A stretch of 63,984 bases of DNA, the filler included, from Rhabdomonas costata (taxonomy: Eukaryota), in NCBI GenBank assembly GCA_019059605.1. It is 37 parts of 37 records of this genome, joined end to end, with 100 filler letters (N's around TTAATTAATTAA, not from the genome) between each part and the next. Parts side by side here need not be neighbours in the genome. Positions count along the whole stretch, not along the records: positions 62,354 to 63,984 come from JAHMHO010011666.1; 36 more parts are not named here. One strand, given 5' to 3'. Made by a program: the position numbers and the translations under genes. The notes under the pieces are model-generated. The model made no database searches and was not told where the DNA came from. It saw only the letters and a program-made list of their open reading frames with translations. Shown here piece after piece: positions 62,502 through 63,984 of the stretch (position 1 is the first letter of the stretch; every line of letters starts with the position of its first letter).

Positions 62502-63645
62502 CTTCGGGCCAAGCCCTTGTCCACTAGGGCTTCCATCGCTTCCCAGGTCTCGCGGATAGGTACGCGGTCGTGGCGCGGGTCGGTGAGCATAGGGTGTGTC
62601 ACGGGCGGGTCTGGCATCTGAAACCACAGGAGCAAGGAGCAGGAACACGCTCTGCTTATCCAGCAGCCACAAGTGAACTGACAGGCAACCCGACTTCATT
62701 GTACTGTCCATGTCCTCTCAACAGAGAGCGTCTGTAGCGTCTTTTAGATGCCAAACGAGCTAGGTGGTCTTCGCCGCCACTAAAGCTCGAGGGGAACAAG
62801 CGGCCTTTTCCGGGCATGCTTGGTGAACTGAAGAAGTTCTCGATGTTGACATGGACACGGAAAGTCAGATTGGCGACCGAAGGATCGGGGCCCAAGCTGA
62901 GAACATGCAAGAAGTAATTAGTGATGATCAATCATTTAAAATTGTTTTCCCCAACAGGCACATATCCTGCCACGTTGCGGCAAACCAAGAATCCTGGGTC
63001 ATCCTAGCCCTTCACTTCGCAGTCGATCGGACAAATGGAAAGACAACGGGCGACCCTGCACCTGAGTCGAATTCAGAAACACACCGAAGCGGTGGGAGTG
63101 ACAACGACACGAGAGCGACAAGCAGGCCAGAGGACAAGCACCGGCAACATGGAACGAGAACAGAGGCGGGAGACGCACCATGCAGTGGGGGTTGAAGCCC
63201 TTTTCAAAGCCCCGCCGCGTGACATCAAAGGGGATAAATTTGAACGCCAGGGGCCAGTGCATGAGGTACAAATCCACGTACTCCAGCTGCAGGTCAGTCA
63301 GGCTCTTCCGCAAAGCCATTTCCACATGCTCTGAAACACGGACCCCCAGGGGCTGCGCACATTTCCTGATACACACATTGCTTTTTTGTATTTATGTGAA
63401 TGGCATAGGTGCGGGCTGGGTTGCCGATGGATGAGTTCGAGCGGTGTGTGTTCCAGATTCATGCCCAAGATTGGACAGCCGGTATGAAAAGCATGAAGTC
63501 CGAATACCCGTACCAAAGGACGCACTCTTTTACCCGAGCTTTACCAATGGGATGCAAACGTGAGGGGCACATAAGACCAGGACAGCAAAACACACCTTTC
63601 CTGTGATAGTTGTTCGCAAGCTTGGAGATCACGAACAGCTGCTCT
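62502..63645 (-). CDS. Aldo-keto reductase fragment (exons 63645-63596, 63330-63179, 62617-62502)
   Basis: [28 protein letters not shown] and [16 protein letters not shown]. Phases are consistent. Confidence 0.95.
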
Positions 63646-63984
63646 CTGTGCGGGCACGAAAAAAACATTCAAATAGGAACACGAAAAGGACATTCTGACA
63701 TCTGTCACCGCTGACAAGATACCTCACATCAGCGTGACGAAGGCACTCAGTGCTTCCATTCTTCTTTGAGCTGCCGAGAGGCCGGTTCTTTGAGCTGCCG
63801 AGCACGACGGACGACGACAACGTTTCCGGCTGCTACACCATGAGAGCTTCCCGTAGCTCAAACCGCCGTAGCTCAAAATGCATCCTGTAATATGCTGCAA
63901 CACTTCAAAACGCGCGCCGAAGGAAATCAAGGCATGGCTTGAATCGAGTCACAGCTCCACAACAGGTATATGCTACAAACCAAC

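Noticed and set aside
1..63984. Gene-sized nanochromosomes with telomere caps
   Set aside because: Caps have the wrong polarity and variable sequence, genes are truncated at contig ends, and the uniform length reflects size-sorted contigs.
1..63984. Functional clustering of neighbouring genes (for example glycosylase, GNAT and NYN as a defence system)
   Set aside because: Each lies on a separate contig, so adjacency is artificial.
1..63984. Alternative genetic code (stop-codon reassignment)
   Set aside because: All confidently spliced exons translate without internal stops in the standard code, and TAA and TGA appear as terminators.

Overview
This window is not a contiguous locus. It is a concatenation of 37 short contigs (about 1.62-1.65 kb each) joined by an identical artificial 100-nt linker (N44-TTAATTAATTAA-N44). 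Most contigs start with a G/T-only stretch and end with an A/C-only stretch, and four end in fold-back inversions, which points to whole-genome-amplified (low-input or single-cell) DNA. The DNA is from an intron-rich, probably flagellated eukaryote with TTAGGG-type repeats; I cannot assign the lineage. The ORF track is largely uninformative because genes are split into short exons. By hand-splicing with phase checks I recover fragments of a p24/TMED cargo receptor, Tctex1-type dynein light chain, aldo-keto reductase, aldehyde dehydrogenase, 6-phosphofructo-2-kinase, ING protein, cysteinyl-tRNA synthetase, an insect-AANAT-like GNAT, an MPG/AAG-like glycosylase, probable Nup107 and LDAH pieces, and several secreted or surface proteins. 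The most notable biological signal is the splicing code: 5' splice sites are very degenerate, and roughly 4 of about 40 inferred introns appear to need a GC donor lacking the usual GCAAGT context. Also notable are splice acceptors just upstream of several start codons (possible trans-splicing), a MITE-like fold-back family present on two contigs, and internal (CCCTAA)n arrays. No CRISPR array, rRNA, tRNA or prokaryotic operon is evident. Gene neighbourhood across linkers has no meaning, so no multi-gene system can be inferred.
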